Shown: positions 49,766 to 63,456, numbered from the stretch's first letter. The stretch: DNA of 64,000 nt from Leucoraja erinacea (GCF_028641065.1 NC_073388.1:20212001-20276000), one strand, 5' to 3'. The notes: a model not told the origin generated them from the letters alone. Program-made: numbers and translations.

Positions 49766-50369
49766 GTGGTTGGGTACATGGAACAAGCTGCCAGAGGAGG
49801 TAGTTGAGGCAGGTACTATGACTACATTTAAAATACATTTGAAGAGGTACACAGATAGGAAAGGTTTAGAGGGATATGGGTCAAACACGGGCAGGTGGGA
49901 GTAGCGTCGAAGAGGCAAGTTGGTCCAAAGGGCCTGTTTCCGTGCTGTATAACTCTTATTAGTGAATCAACACCCATTAAAAAAAAATGATTAGAGGAAT
50001 AATTGACAAGGAGACATTACTATTGGCCGTATTCCATGACTGACTGGATCCTTTAGGTGTTCAAGGAGTCGATCTCCAGTTTAGCAGCCCGCTGGAGCGC
50101 TTTATAGTAACAAGGTATCTCCATGGGACTGCATCTCACAGCAGCCATCCATCCAGTTTATAATAATCTTCAAGCCTAATGTAACCTACTTAAATTTGCT
50201 GCTCTTCATTCTTCTGCAGGATTACTTGAACTACTGGCTGTGCTGCTCAACTGCTGTTTAACCACAAACTCCTTCATGTACTGTAAACATTGTTGTGGAA
50301 ATATCTAACCAATCCTTCTGAGATCTCCCACTGTCTGACAATCTGAAACTTTAACAGTTTTATAGTATA

Positions 50370-51929
50370 CCAGACCAACTGGCCCTGTCACACGGTACCC
50401 CAATGCAATATTCCACCACTAACCCATAGCCCCCCACGGGAGCGAAAGATTCCACAACTCCCCTGCCTCGCCCAGCACCAGACTTTAACAAAAAATCAAA
50501 TTGCACTTCCCCTGCCTGCCACAGCACTTCCAATTGCAATACAAATTGACCCTCCCTCTTCTGTTCAAATTGGCAGGAGCATGAGTAAGTGCTCTATGAT
50601 GGCAACATTGTTGCAAATGTCGGGTGGCGGACTGTGAGATTGCATTCAGGTGAAAACTTGGTGGAAGCACAGAATGTCCCTGGATTGCAATTTTGTATGG
50701 AAGTTTATTGCAAGCTGGGGCAGCAAGGATTTAACAGTGAAAATATCTTTAAACTTCCATCCGGCACTCAAATACACCTGGACCATTTCCGACATTTCCC
50801 TACCATTTCTTGACCTCACTATCTCCATCGCAGGTGATGGACTCCTGACCGACATCCACTATAAACCCACTGACTCCCATGGCTATCTGGACTACACTTC
50901 TTCCCACCCTGCTTCCTGTGAGGACTCCATCCCCTACTTCCAATTCCTCCGTCTACGCCGCATCTACACCCAGGATGAGGTGGTCCACACCAGAGCATTG
51001 GAGATATCCTCATTCTTCAGGGAACGGGGGTTCCCCTCTTCTACCATAGATGAGGCTCTCGCCAGGGTCTCTTCTATACCCTGTGACCCTACTCTCACTC
51101 CCCATCCCCCCCACTCGTAACAAGGGCAGAGCCCCCCTTGTCCTCACCCTACCAGCCGTCACGTACAACAAATAATCCTCTGGCATTTTTGCCACCTCCA
51201 ACGTGACCCCACCGCTTGCCACATCTTTCCATCTCCTCACCTTCCTGTTTTCCGCAGAGACCGCTCCCTCCGCAACTCCCTGGTCAATTTGTTCCTTCCC
51301 ACCCGAACCACCCTCTTTCCGGGCACTTTCTCTTGCAACCCCTAGAAATGCTACACTTGTTGCTTTACCTCCCCCCTTGACTCCATCCAGGGACCCAAGC
51401 AGTCTTTCCAGGTGTGGCAGAGGTTCACCTGCACCTCCTCCAACCTCATCTATTGCACCCGCTGCTCTAGATGTCAGCTGCTCTACATCGGTGAGACCAA
51501 GCGTAGGCTTGGCTCGCTTCACCGAACACCTCCGCTCGGTTCGCAATAACCAACCTGATCTCCCGGTGGCTCAGAACTTCAATTCCCCCTCCCATTCCAA
51601 ATCCGACCTTTCTGTCCTCGGCCTCCTCCATGGCCAGAGTGAGGACCACCGTAAATTGAAAGAGCAGCACTTCATATTTCGCTTGGGCAGTTTGCACCCC
51701 AGCGGTATGAACATTGACTTTTCTAATTTCAGGTAGTCCTTATATTCTCCTCCCCTTCTCGGCTCTCTCTCAACCCACTGGCTCCTCCTCTTCCTTCTTC
51801 CCCCCCCCCCCCCCCTTTTTAACGTTGTGCAAAGATTTTAGCGCTACCATGTACCGTTTTGGCGTAGATGCGATCACAATCACAGACACACACACATATA
51901 TAGAAACAATATTTTTAATAGTATATAGA
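50370..51929 (-). mobile_element. Non-autonomous Helitron-like element hosting the Penelope insertion
   Basis: Minus strand begins A|TCTATATACTATTAAAA then (TG)n and ends CTGG|T (CTRR); related CTAG-terminated ends at ~30256 and ~41608. Confidence 0.6.
50750..51815 (+). mobile_element. 5'-truncated Penelope-like retroelement (RT C-terminus plus GIY-YIG endonuclease), frameshifted
   Basis: FHPALKYTW..LPFLDL..TDIHYKPTDSHGYLDYTSSHP; NLIYC..C..C..LYIGET; EHLRSVR...E..FIFRLGSLHPSGMN. Confidence 0.92.
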
Positions 51930-54241
51930 TTCATTATTTATACTTTATCAATTTATTTTGCATTTGGTTACTTGTGGAGACAGTAAATGCCAGGGAGATT
52001 AACGAATACCCTATGCAGATAACGTTTGTTGTATGAGTACATTTAAAATTTGCATAATGTGATGACCAGGCCACAAAATAAAGTATCAAAGCGACGATGT
52101 ACTTCAAGCAACAATTAACTAGAGGCAGGACGTTAGGTACAAATGTGTAGGAAGGAACTGCAGATGCTGACTGCAGATGCTGGATAGACATAAAATGCTG
52201 GAGTAACTCAGCGGAACAGGCAGCATCTCTGGTGAGAAGGAATGGGTAACGTTTCGGGTCGAGACACTGCTTCAGGTCTGAAGACGGGGTTTGATCTGTA
52301 ACAACACCCATTCCTTCTCTCCAGAGATGCTGCCTGTCCCATTGAGTTACTCCAGCATTTTGTGTCTATCTTCTGTATGTACAAATAATGTGCTAATGTA
52401 ATATGGTACCCAAAGCAAGTGAAATGGTGGACTGCAAACAATGGAGGAGTAGCAGGTACCCTTATCACTACTGCAAAATAATGGTGAGAGTATAACGTTG
52501 GTTATGTGAAAAAAATCAAAGAAAAGTTCAGTCTGTGTAAGAAATATCAAAGGTGCTAAGGAATGGAACAGTTTGAAAAAAAAAGTAATATAACTGATAA
52601 CAAGCTAAACGTGTTGTCGAGAATTGGAAATGACAACAGGTAAGATAACTTTGGCTGTTAGCTGTCATGTAAAGTCAAAGAGAAAAATCATACACACAGT
52701 AGGACCAAGAGGAAGAGAAACCACACGGCAACGCAAGAGGAGAAGAGGATGCACCGCATTAGATTGGAGGGTCACTCATGAAATCTCAAAGAGCACAATG
52801 ATTAACAAAGATTATAATCACTATTTCTTTGTACTAAATATAATTCATTTAATATACCCGGATAGGCAGTGTTTTGTTGTAATAGCAAACGTCATGTTAG
52901 ATTAAAGATAATTATGGGGAAAAAAACTATAATTGCCAAAGTCTTGCGGAAGAACACCAGTTTATCAGCCTGTACGATGTACATGAACTGACTGGACTCG
53001 GTGTACTTAGAATTGCATCCCAACACCAATTGGCGTTTTCATTAGGGAACTAAAATCAATATTGTTTTAAGCACCGCCTTCAGTCCTGTCATCTTCCTAA
53101 TTTAAATGAAAGGACGGAAAGGGGTGGAGTGAGCGCGGCCCGAGAATGATACACAGCATAGCTTTATTCATAGCTCAAGCTTACATCACCTCCAATTTTT
53201 CGAGTCATCAGAGTATTCGGTGGATCTACGTCCGGTCATCAGCCATTCCTTTATTAGAAAACTACATTTAAAATGTAATACCATTTCCGTGTATGTTTAA
53301 CTCCTGCTGTCATTATGATTTAAGTATTGTTCATAGTCTCCAGATTCAATTTACAAATAACTTGGTGGGTTAATACAATTGAAACCACGTTCTCATTGCA
53401 GTGGCCCAGAATATGTGAGGTGCATTTTTGGACAAAGCACATTGGAACCTTAAAGATACCCAAGTGTCAGAATCTTCCGGGGCTTGTTTTATCCTCTGCC
53501 GGGATTGGTTGGTCATTTTGCCATCCCACTTCCTTTTTAATATCTCTCTTTCTCGGGTTAGTGATGAGGGTAGAGGGGAGCAGAGCAGAGGTTGGAGATG
53601 TGAGCGAAGCATGATTGCTCATCCAGAATAGGCAACTCAGAGGATAAGTGGACATACTGTTTTCCTGTTGCTATTTTCATTTGAAAACCAAGTATCGAAT
53701 ATGCAATTCAACAATTAATTCTGATTGCTTTAGGTACAGAGAGATGTAATAGAGCGTCGGATGCACGGCTAGCTGTAATGCTGTAAGTGATCCGGTGTCT
53801 GTCTGCCTCCTTGCTGTGTAGGCTGTGCTTTGTCTTGTTGCCAGCGCTCTGCTCCCAACACTGCGTCAGTTTCACCTGATCAATCACTGCGTGGCCACAT
53901 TAATCAGCACAAAAAACACACACACACACAAGGCGCCGGGAGCGAGAGGAGGGATAAAGGAGCAGCTTTCTGAAACTGGTCCCAGTTTTATCCTCAAAAC
54001 CTATTCAGTCCACACAAACCGAGGAAGGAAAAATACACAAGGATCGCCCCGATTGCAAGGATGCTGATGAATACAATCTCAGCCCCGACACAAATGTTAT
54101 GTGTTTAATTTTTAAGGACAATTCCTTTGACGGTCAATTCTGTTTTTTATCGATGGATGTGAGCTCCCTTTGCCCCTGAATCAATAATTTTTTTCTCCTG
54201 AAGATTGGTTGCACTTTTGTTAACACAAAGAAGATTCCAAT

Positions 54242-54496
54242 ATGGCAAATCAAGTGGCGGTGAATGGCGAGACCCGGGGCTTCACATCGAAGAAGACGAC
54301 CAGGGACTACGAATCGTCTTTGGAACTGTCCGTGCAAGCGCGGATATTTAAAATCATTGTGATCGGGGACTCCAATGTCGGGAAGACGTGCCTGACCTTC
54401 AGATTCTGCGGGGGGACGTTTCCCGATAAGACTGAGGCCACCATCGGAGTGGATTTCCGAGAGAAGCCCGTGTCTATCGAAGGAGAAACGATCAAG
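54242..54496 (+). CDS. RAB33A: Ras-related protein Rab-33A, first coding exon (gene continues beyond the window)
   Basis: [42 protein letters not shown], with the FCGGTFPDK of RAB33A rather than RAB33B; donor AAG|GTAACC; the WDTAGQE exon was not found in the window. Confidence 0.93.
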
Positions 54497-55282
54497 GTAA
54501 CCAGCAATGTAATAGATTGTCCAAGGTGACATTAATCGATTAATGCCGCCCCTTGCATCTACCAGTTGATACTCAAAATTGTTAAAAAAAAATAATCACC
54601 GAGTCTAGACTAGTATTCGTGCATTGGTGTCGATTCGCATCTCTGTGGGAGCAGTCACTAGCAGACATGCCAGCTTTCCCCGGGGATATCTTCATTATAA
54701 CCCGCTCCCAAAATGAGGATCATTCAGTCAACGGCACCTCGCCCTGTGTAAATGCTCCAACATGTTATGCTGGCAGGTGTTGACAGTCTGCTGAACCGTG
54801 GAGAATATGGAACTGCGCCTACATCTCCAATTTTCCCACAAGGCTTCTCGGGATCATGCTCTGCTGAGAGGCCCCAGGCCAATTCCCAGCGTTGGATCCT
54901 TTTACATTGAAAACCGATTTATTCAGATCAGTAATTAATACTCTGCGCAAATTGATCCATGTGATCCAGGTTTAACTAATCCAGATGTGTGATCAAAATA
55001 ATGTATTCCTGTTAAACTTGATGAATTTAGGTTCAATATTTATAATCTGATCATCTAATTTGTGGATGAGAATTTTGGGGGTCATCTCTCCTTTTCTTTT
55101 CCATATCAGACTGCTCCACTCAAACCAGAAAAAATGTAACTATAGCCCAATAACATACTGGTGTGGTTGGCATACTCGCCAGAGATGCTGCCTGACCCAC
55201 TGAGTTACTCCAGCACTTTGTGTCCTTTTGTTAGAAAGGTCTTGAACCAAAATGTCAACTATCCATGTTCTCAAAAGATGCT

Positions 55283-55853
55283 CTGGTGAGACCACATCTG
55301 GAGTATTGTGTACAGTTTTGGTCTCCTAATTTGAGGCAGGACATCCTTGTGATTGAGGCAGTGCAGCGTAGGTTTACGAGATTGATCCCTGGGATGGCGG
55401 GACTGTCATATGAGGAAAGATTGAAAAGACTAGGCTTGTATTCACTGGAGTTTAGAAGGATGAGGGGGATCTTATAGAAACATATAAAATTATAAAAGGA
55501 CTGGACAAGCTAGATGCAGGAAAAATGTTCCCAATGTTGGGCAAGTCCAGAACCAGGGGCCACAGTCTCAGAATAAAGGGGAGGTCATTTAAGACTGAGG
55601 TGAGAGAAAACGTTTTCACCCAGAGAGTTGTGAATTTATGGAATTCCCTGCCACAGAGGGGAGTGGAGGCCAAGTCACTGGATGGATTTAAGAGAGAGTT
55701 AGATAGAGCTCTAGGGGCTAGTGGAATCAAGGGATATGGGGAGAAGATAGGCACAGGTTATTGATAGGGGACGATCAGCCATGATCACAATGAATGGCGG
55801 TGCTGGTTCGAAGGGCCGAATGGCCTCCTCCTGCACCTATTTTCTATGTTTCT
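55283..55853 (+). mobile_element. Young CR1 LINE 3' fragment inserted in a Penelope-tail repeat
   Basis: [15 protein letters not shown]...LEFRRMRG; (TTTCTATG)n tail; flanking ATGCT duplication. Confidence 0.92.
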
Positions 55854-58800
55854 ATGCTGCCCGACCCGCTGAGTTACTCCAGCATGTTGTGGCCACGCTG
55901 AAACTACCATGCCTTCTGGTGAAGTTACACGTTGCATTCTTTGGCAGGTATTTGTTTACTGAGATAAATAAAGGATATTTACAGCTAGGAGCCAGACAAG
56001 GCCTGATAGATGGTATCAAAGTCTTGAGTTCTGAAGAAAAATGAGAACCTAAGGCCTCTTCATTCTTGATGTGCGGAATCAAAGATATTTTAAGATAAGG
56101 AAAAATATGAAACAGAATATACATTCCATAGTAGCAGGACATGAGGGTCTGGTTGTAATTCTACTGTTAAGATGTTTCTCATCTGGCAGGTAAGTAACGC
56201 AACGTACCAACAACAACTGTTTAAGGCACAACATTGTAGACTCAACTTGCAATTCCTTCACAGTTATAAATATCAGTAGATTTAGCATAAAGATAGTAGA
56301 TATCCAAACTGCTGCTCAGTACATCAGGCAGCATCTGTGGAGGGACAAAAAGAGTGATAATTTCAGATTGACGATTTTCATTACATGAAGTATTAACTCT
56401 GTTTCTTTGTCCACATACCCTACATGATCGGCTGAGTTTCCCATTTTTTCTGTTTTCTATTTCAGATTTCCAGCATGTAGTACAGAATTTCCCTTTTGGA
56501 TATATAAACAGTATCGACAATAGCTTCATTCGTGTGCAGAATTTTGAGTCAATTTTTCCCATAAAGGCAACTATTATAAAGGTTCCTTAAAGATATTGTT
56601 TACTGGGATTTGATTATTTGCACGTGCACCTTGTTCTCCATAAACAGTTCTCTTTGCTGTTCTGTTATATTCTATTATTCTATTTTCAGTTGTTACAATC
56701 ACTTAAAGAGAGGCTGGATGTGATTACATGCTATTACTGTTTGGTTATAGCATGGATTTTTGCTCTTCAGCACTCTATGCTTCCTGGGGGGACAGGGTAA
56801 ATAGTTGGTTGCCGTCTGAGGGAGAAGCTGGAGTTTGCCAGGAATCACTGTTTGCTAACAGACGGTATACCAACAGTAGTAGACAGCGATTAGGCAGAGG
56901 CCAAACAACAAAGCCATTTTATTGAGATCATGCTGTTCTTTGAGCTTAAATGAAACTAAAATATATAGAATTGTTTTGCGATGAAAAAGTGTGATGAGAT
57001 CTTGGATGGTAGTTAGGTGGAAAATTGAAAGCAAAATAAGAAAGATTTTTTTTTCAACACCTCTCAGCAATATGGAAACAAGAAATAAGAATGCCAATTG
57101 TCTGCTTGCTCTCTTATTGGAGAATCGTTCACATGGTGTACAGTCACATGAAATATGGCCACTGTTGAGTTTGCCTTCTAAATATGAACCCTTGTGGTGA
57201 CTGTCGTTACTCCCGGTTGTGTGTTAGTAGGTTCCATGCAGAAAACTCTGACTGTGAGCAGCTGAAGAAAGTGCATGAGTACCTAGACAGCATGAGCACA
57301 AAGCTTTCTTGCCCCAGATTGTCAGCTGCACTGCCAGAATAGAGTTAAAGAAATGTTGATTTGAAAGATTGATGGTTGTAACCCCAGTCATATGACGTTG
57401 AATGATCATCATTAAGAGTAAACTCCATCTACACCACGCTGCCTCGGCAAGGCCGCCAGCATAACCGAGGACCAGTCTCATACTGGTCACTCACTCTTCT
57501 CCTCTCTCCCATCAGGCAAGAGGAACAGAAGTTTGAAAAACGTATACCTCCAGATTCAGGGACAGTTTCTTCCCAGTTGTTATCATACAACTGAACGGTC
57601 CTCCCATCAGCTACAGTATGGCCCTGGCCTTTCTACTTACTCGTTGGAGGCCTTTGAAATATCTTAAATCAGACTTTATTTTGCACTAAATGTTGTACCC
57701 TTTACCCTTTATCCGTGCAGTGTAGACAGCTTGATTGTATTCTTGTAGTCTTCTTTGACTGGAAAGCAGGCAAACAAAGGTTTTTCACTATACCATGATA
57801 ATAATAAACTAAATTAAACAAAACTAAAATCAATTTATTTAATGAGATTGCATTATATTATAAGAAATAATTTAAATCATTTTTACACCTATTTTTACCT
57901 TTTCAACCACCTATGCTGTTACAGGGAAGGCTGCCTCTTGTGTTGTCAGCATTCGTTACCCTTGACTCTTGAGGCTGGTGTTGATGGAGCTGGCAAACCG
58001 GCACAAGGTCTGATGGAAGAAATGGCGTTTGTGGAATGAAGAGTGGTTTTCCCGGTGTTCCTGGTGACCGAGCAACCAATCTCTCTCTGGGGTTAGTTAC
58101 AGGTCACCTGCGTTTGAATGGATCTGGTTGAGCGAGATCTTTGCCAGACCACCCCCATGTGTTCAATTCCCTGGAGGCTCAATAACCATCTGTTAGATTT
58201 AATTACTAACAGAAAATGCTCATCATTTGAAATGTCATTTCCTATGTTTTTGAGCAGAGAGCTGTCTCGATCATTAGTGAGAGGACTGGCTAACTAAACC
58301 TGGCAGCTGCTTTAAAGTATGTTGGACCTGCCGAATTCTGCTGAGATTTATAACTTGAATCGTTAAATACGCATTTGCTATGTTTTTGTTGTGATTTAAA
58401 AGTATTGGCTAGCCTTAGCAACAGGTATTCATTTGGAGAAACAAGGCACTGCAGATGATGGTCTACAAAATAATCACAAAGTACTCAGAGGGTCAGGCAG
58501 CATCATGGATTTGTTCCACGTTCTCCTGTGGTGCTGCCCGAGCCACTGACTTAATCCAGCATTTTGTGTCTTCTCAATGGGCTGTATTACCAAACAAAAG
58601 TGGGAAAAATTCAACTATTGTTTATTTTGAATGAAGCTGATCTGTTTTGTGGATAGAGGAAGGGCGTGGTTATTGTTGAGATCACCTTATGTCTGTGTTA
58701 AATTTACCTGGGATAATTCGAACAACACAGTTAGTATTTTGGTCAAAAGTTATTCCATTATTACACAAAGCATTTACATTGCATATTTAACATAAAACAA

Positions 58801-61185
58801 CCTCCTGAGGTCCTGCATAGGTGCAGGATTGTGCAAGGATGATCACTAAGCACAGTACAAGGTGGCTTCCAAGGAATTCAAGAGCCAGCAGAAAAAAATG
58901 GTTTCTCTGCCTCTTGCTGATGCAGCTTAAATGCATGGCAATAGAACATAGATCATCAGATAGTACAGCACAGGAACAGACCCTTCAGCTCACAATGTCT
59001 ATGCCGAACATGATGCCAAGACCAAATCCTATCTGCCTGCACATACTCCACATCCCTCCATTCTCTGCATATCCATATGTCCATATGCATATACCCTCCC
59101 ACAACCCTCTACCCTGGGCTGTTTTGAAAATGTACTGAGTTCTGAAGGAGGGTCATCAACGAAATATTTCCCTCTCTACATTTGCTACTGCATCAACGTT
59201 TGCCATGATTATTCCAGATTTCCGAAGTTTATTGCTTTTTAACTGTCTGATACAGAATCTTCACTGCAGTAGATGTGATTCATTCCATCACTAAACGTTT
59301 GGATGAGATCAGCGTGCTAATTTTCTACTGATACTGGCGTTAAGTTTACTTTTTTTTTAAGTCAACAAATCAGTAGTTAATTGTGATGATACATGATAGA
59401 AACATAAGGTGCAGGAGTAGGCCATTCGGCCCTTCTTAAATTTGAAATGTTCATCCAACTCAGTAAGCCTGCCTTCTCTCCATACCCCCTGATCCCCTTA
59501 GCCACAAGGGCCACATCTAACTCCCTCTTAAATATAGCCAATGAACTGGCCTCAATATTGTTAAATTTAAAGTTTTAAGCAGTTGATCCAATAGAGCCAC
59601 TAGAATATTGTGCCATTTGTTGAACTGGTAGGAATAACATCCCGGACATAGGAAAGCAGAATGTGAACCATGTGTTTGACTGAGATACTGTATGCCTTAA
59701 AACATAAAAGAACAGTACAGCACAAGAACAGGCCTTTTGGCCCACAATGTCTGTGCCAATATCATCTCTTAACTACCTGCATACAACCCATATTTGTCCA
59801 TTCACTGCATAACCATATGCCTATCCAAAAGCAAGGCAACTAACATATCTGCTACAACCGCCTTCCATATAACCATATAACAATTACAGCACGGAAACAG
59901 GCCATCTCAGCCCTTCTAGTCTGTGCCGAACACTTATTCTCCCCTAGTCCCTTCTACCTGAACTCAGACCATAACCCTGCATTCCTTTCCCTGGCAATGT
60001 GTTCCAGGCACTCACCGCCCTCTGTTTAAAAAAAATACCCTGCTCATATCCTTTAAACTTTGCCCCTCTCACCTTAAAACCTTGCCATTTAGTATTTGAT
60101 TCTAGTATTTAGTATTCGACTATTCACACCTGTTTAAATTTATGTTTTTGTGTATTTATGTATTTGTGTAGTTATGTGTATATATGTATTTATGTTTAAA
60201 TTTTTGTTATATCTCAAATTTAAATTTAAATCATTTTATCACCATAACGATTTACTGATTTGTTGACTTGCAAAAACAAAATTAAAACATAACACAATTT
60301 TCAGTAGAAAATTAACAGGTTGATCTCAGATTCAGATTCAACAGGTTGATCTGTACAGTACAGAGACAACGATCAGATTTGGATCTGATCCAAAAGCTCA
60401 GTGATGGAACGCACCCAGCCTTGTACCGGAGACTGTGGTAAGGTACAGTTTGATATTACAGTTTGTATCTTCAGACCTCCATGCAAGCAGTTCCCCGCCT
60501 TGATTATTGAGGGGAGAGAATTGTGCAGTAAATAATTTCATCTTTTATAAATGTCTACAAGTTCAATTGTATTTGGAGAATCCAGAAAAAGAAGGACATG
60601 GGAATGGGGAGAATACTGGAATGTTAACTAACAACTCTTTGAACCAAAGCAGAGCCAAGGAGTGAATTCTGACAAAGCCAAAAGCTAATTGCTGTTACAG
60701 CAGTTTTGTCTGCAAAATCTTGACATATTGCTTCCTCTTTGGAAAACACCTCACATTTTTGTCAGTTGGACATCTTCCCTCTCACTACCACAGCACCCTG
60801 CTATCTCTCAGAGAAATGTTGGCGCAATCATTTAAGCCAAGTGACCAAAATCTCTATTTACATAACAGGATTACCCATAATGGTGGAATCTGTTGCAGTT
60901 ATTAGACTGCAGTCATTTCTCAATTGCAGCGTGGGCATATATTGTACAGACTAGGTGATGTATATGGACTGCAGATGACCGAACAGCTACAGGACAGTTC
61001 AGTATCTAGTCAACTGCCTGGTAAGGCTTTTGTTTACAGTAATGCTGGCCGCTAGAATAGCGCCATGTATTCCTTCCCACCAACTTGAATTTGTTTACAT
61101 TTTGCTGTAAATATGAGATTAGATTTGTCCAATTACAGAGCCAATACGAGCCCTGTATATCAGTCAAACAAGTATTGATCAGTTG

Positions 61186-61314
61186 TGTTCAAGAAGGAAC
61201 TGCAGATGCTGGAAGATCGAAGGTACACAAAAATGCTGGAGAAACTCAGCGGGTGCAGTAGCATCTATGGAGCGAAGGAAATAGGTGACGTTTCGGGCCG
61301 AAACCCTTCTTCAG
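61186..61314 (-). mobile_element. Penelope-derived 129-bp repeat with intact hammerhead core
   Basis: Minus strand CTGAAGAAGGGTTTCGGCCCGAAACGTC; 12-bp TSD ATTGATCAGTTG (61174-61185, 61315-61326). Confidence 0.85.
61287..61314 (-). ncRNA. Minimal type I hammerhead ribozyme motif (Penelope type)
   Basis: CUGAAGA, stem II GGGU-UUCG-GCCC, GAAA, palindromic stem III ACGU, cleavage triplet GUC; the 5' strand of stem I appears to be absent. Confidence 0.65.
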
Positions 61315-61597
61315 ATTGATCAGTTGATGGCATGTTACTTACCATTTCCAGTAGCTCTGTCAGGAGGCAGCTTTTCTGCAGCTAGTCAAAGACTGAGCCA
61401 TGACTAGGTTTAAGCTGTATGTGAACATATAGTTCTGATCCCATCGTGCTTTTTCAAAACAACACCATTCAAAGTTCAGAGTTCAAGGGAACTGCAACAG
61501 AGGGATTTAAAAAAATTGTTTTTTTGGCTTCGCTGTTGGCAAATATTGGACTCAATTGCTCTGGCGAATAAATCCACTTTACTACTCCTTTCACCTT

Positions 61598-61887
61598 TTA
61601 GTTTAGTTTAGAGATACAGCATGAAAACAGGTTTTACAGCCCACCGAGACCACGCCGATTAGCGATCACTCATACTTTAGTTCTATCCAACCCAATAGGG
61701 ATATTTACAGAAGCCAATCAACCTACAAACCTGCATGTCTTTGGAGTGTGGGAGGAAACCGGAGCACTCTGAGAAAACCAACGCGGTCATAGGGCGAACT
61801 TACAGACATATCCCCGTGGTCAGGATCGAACCCGGGTGTCTGGCGCTGTAAGGCAGTAACTTTAACATAGCGCTATTCTGCCGCCCC
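61598..61887 (-). mobile_element. tRNA-derived SINE
   Basis: Same family; B box at ~61823-61832. Confidence 0.85.
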
Positions 61888-63456
61888 TGTTGTGTACAAA
61901 AATTATTCTAAGCAACAATGACTCAGGCGTTGGAAGCTGCAGAACCTAGCACATTATTTTTGTTGTAAGCATAAAACGTTTTGACACTGGTTTATACGAA
62001 GCAGCTCAGCATCTCAAACCATCTATGGCCAGATGGCGTGATTCTATTTATATTTAAATGATGTGGTCAGTGTTCATTTTTCTTAGTGAGGCCACAAAAT
62101 GCTGGAGTAACTCAATGAGCCAGGCAGCATCAGTGGAGAACATGGATAGGTGATGCTTCAGGTTGGGACCCTTCTTCAGACTGTTCAGCCTGAAGAAGGA
62201 CCCCGACCCTAAACATGGCCTATCCATGTTTTCCAGAGATGCTGCCCAACCGGCTGAATTACTCCATCACTTTGTGGCTTTTTTGTAAAATAGCATCTGC
62301 AGATCCTTGCTTCTCCATTCTTCAGTTTTCTTAGATTGCTCTTGGTGCCTTGAGCAGGATTAATATAATGGTTACTGTAGAATGCAGGCATTATTGATGA
62401 CAATAGTGGCTCAAAACCATTCATCAGACTCCATTTATCCTCTATAACATTGGTTTATTTAATATAATCCCACCCACCACATTTCTGTGCAGTATGAAAT
62501 CATGTCGTCATACAGGCCTTTCAACCCAAAATGTAGTGGACTTCAATAAAGCCTTTGACAAGGAAGTGTTAGAGCCCATGAGACCCAAACAAGTTGGAAA
62601 ATTGGGCTTGGGTAGAAATAGGAGGAAGAGGGGTGATGAATGGGAGCCACTTTTGTGATACAAGCTAGTGACCGACAGAGTACCACTAGGATGAGTGCTG
62701 GGACTATCTGATTTTTCATGTACATCAATTAATAAGAAGTGCAAAAAGAAGTACCTACAATTATGTGGCTTATCCCTGTTCCCTTCTTGAATAAAGATAC
62801 CATGTTTGATGTCCTCCAGTTATCTGATATCTCATTTGTGTTCAGTAAGGATTTAAATATTTCCATCAAGACCTCAGCAAGACCTCTTGCTTTCCAAAAC
62901 TGCCTGTGATACATCTCATTGGGCTCTGAGGATTTATACCTGTTTTTTTAATCTTAGCTTGCCCTCAAATGTCACTGTACTAACTGGAATTTCCAGCCTC
63001 AATGTATTTTTTTCATATTGAAAGCAGATGAACAGTATTCATTTCTGAGCTGTGTAGAAAGGATCTGAAGATGCTGGTTTAAACCAAAGATAGACACAAC
63101 ATGCTGTAGTAACTCAGCGGGACAGGCAGCATCTCTGGAGAGAAGGAATGGGTGACGTTTCGGGTTGAGACCCTTCTTAATTTCTGAACTTTTCCACATC
63201 CTCTGGCTCCACACATAGATTACACTGTTTGTTGCTAATCAATCCCACTCTTTCTCCAGCTACTATATTGCTCTTAATGTATTCACAAAATGCCTTGGGA
63301 TCTTCCTTATTTCCTACTCCTCGTAAATTTCCTTTTTAAGTGCCCCCCCTCCACACACGCACGCACGCACGAGCGCGCACACACACACACACCCACACCC
63401 ACACCCACACACTCTTTATATTCTGTTTTCTGCGCTCAGTATCCACCATCTTACAC

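Noticed and set aside
53370-53612. 80-aa minus-strand ORF upstream of RAB33A (AIFM1 lies head-to-head with RAB33A in human)
   Set aside because: No resemblance to the AIFM1 N-terminus that I can recognise and no splice support
58821-59138. AG|GTGCAG as RAB33A exon 2
   Set aside because: Translation lacks WDTAGQE; exon 2 must lie beyond the window
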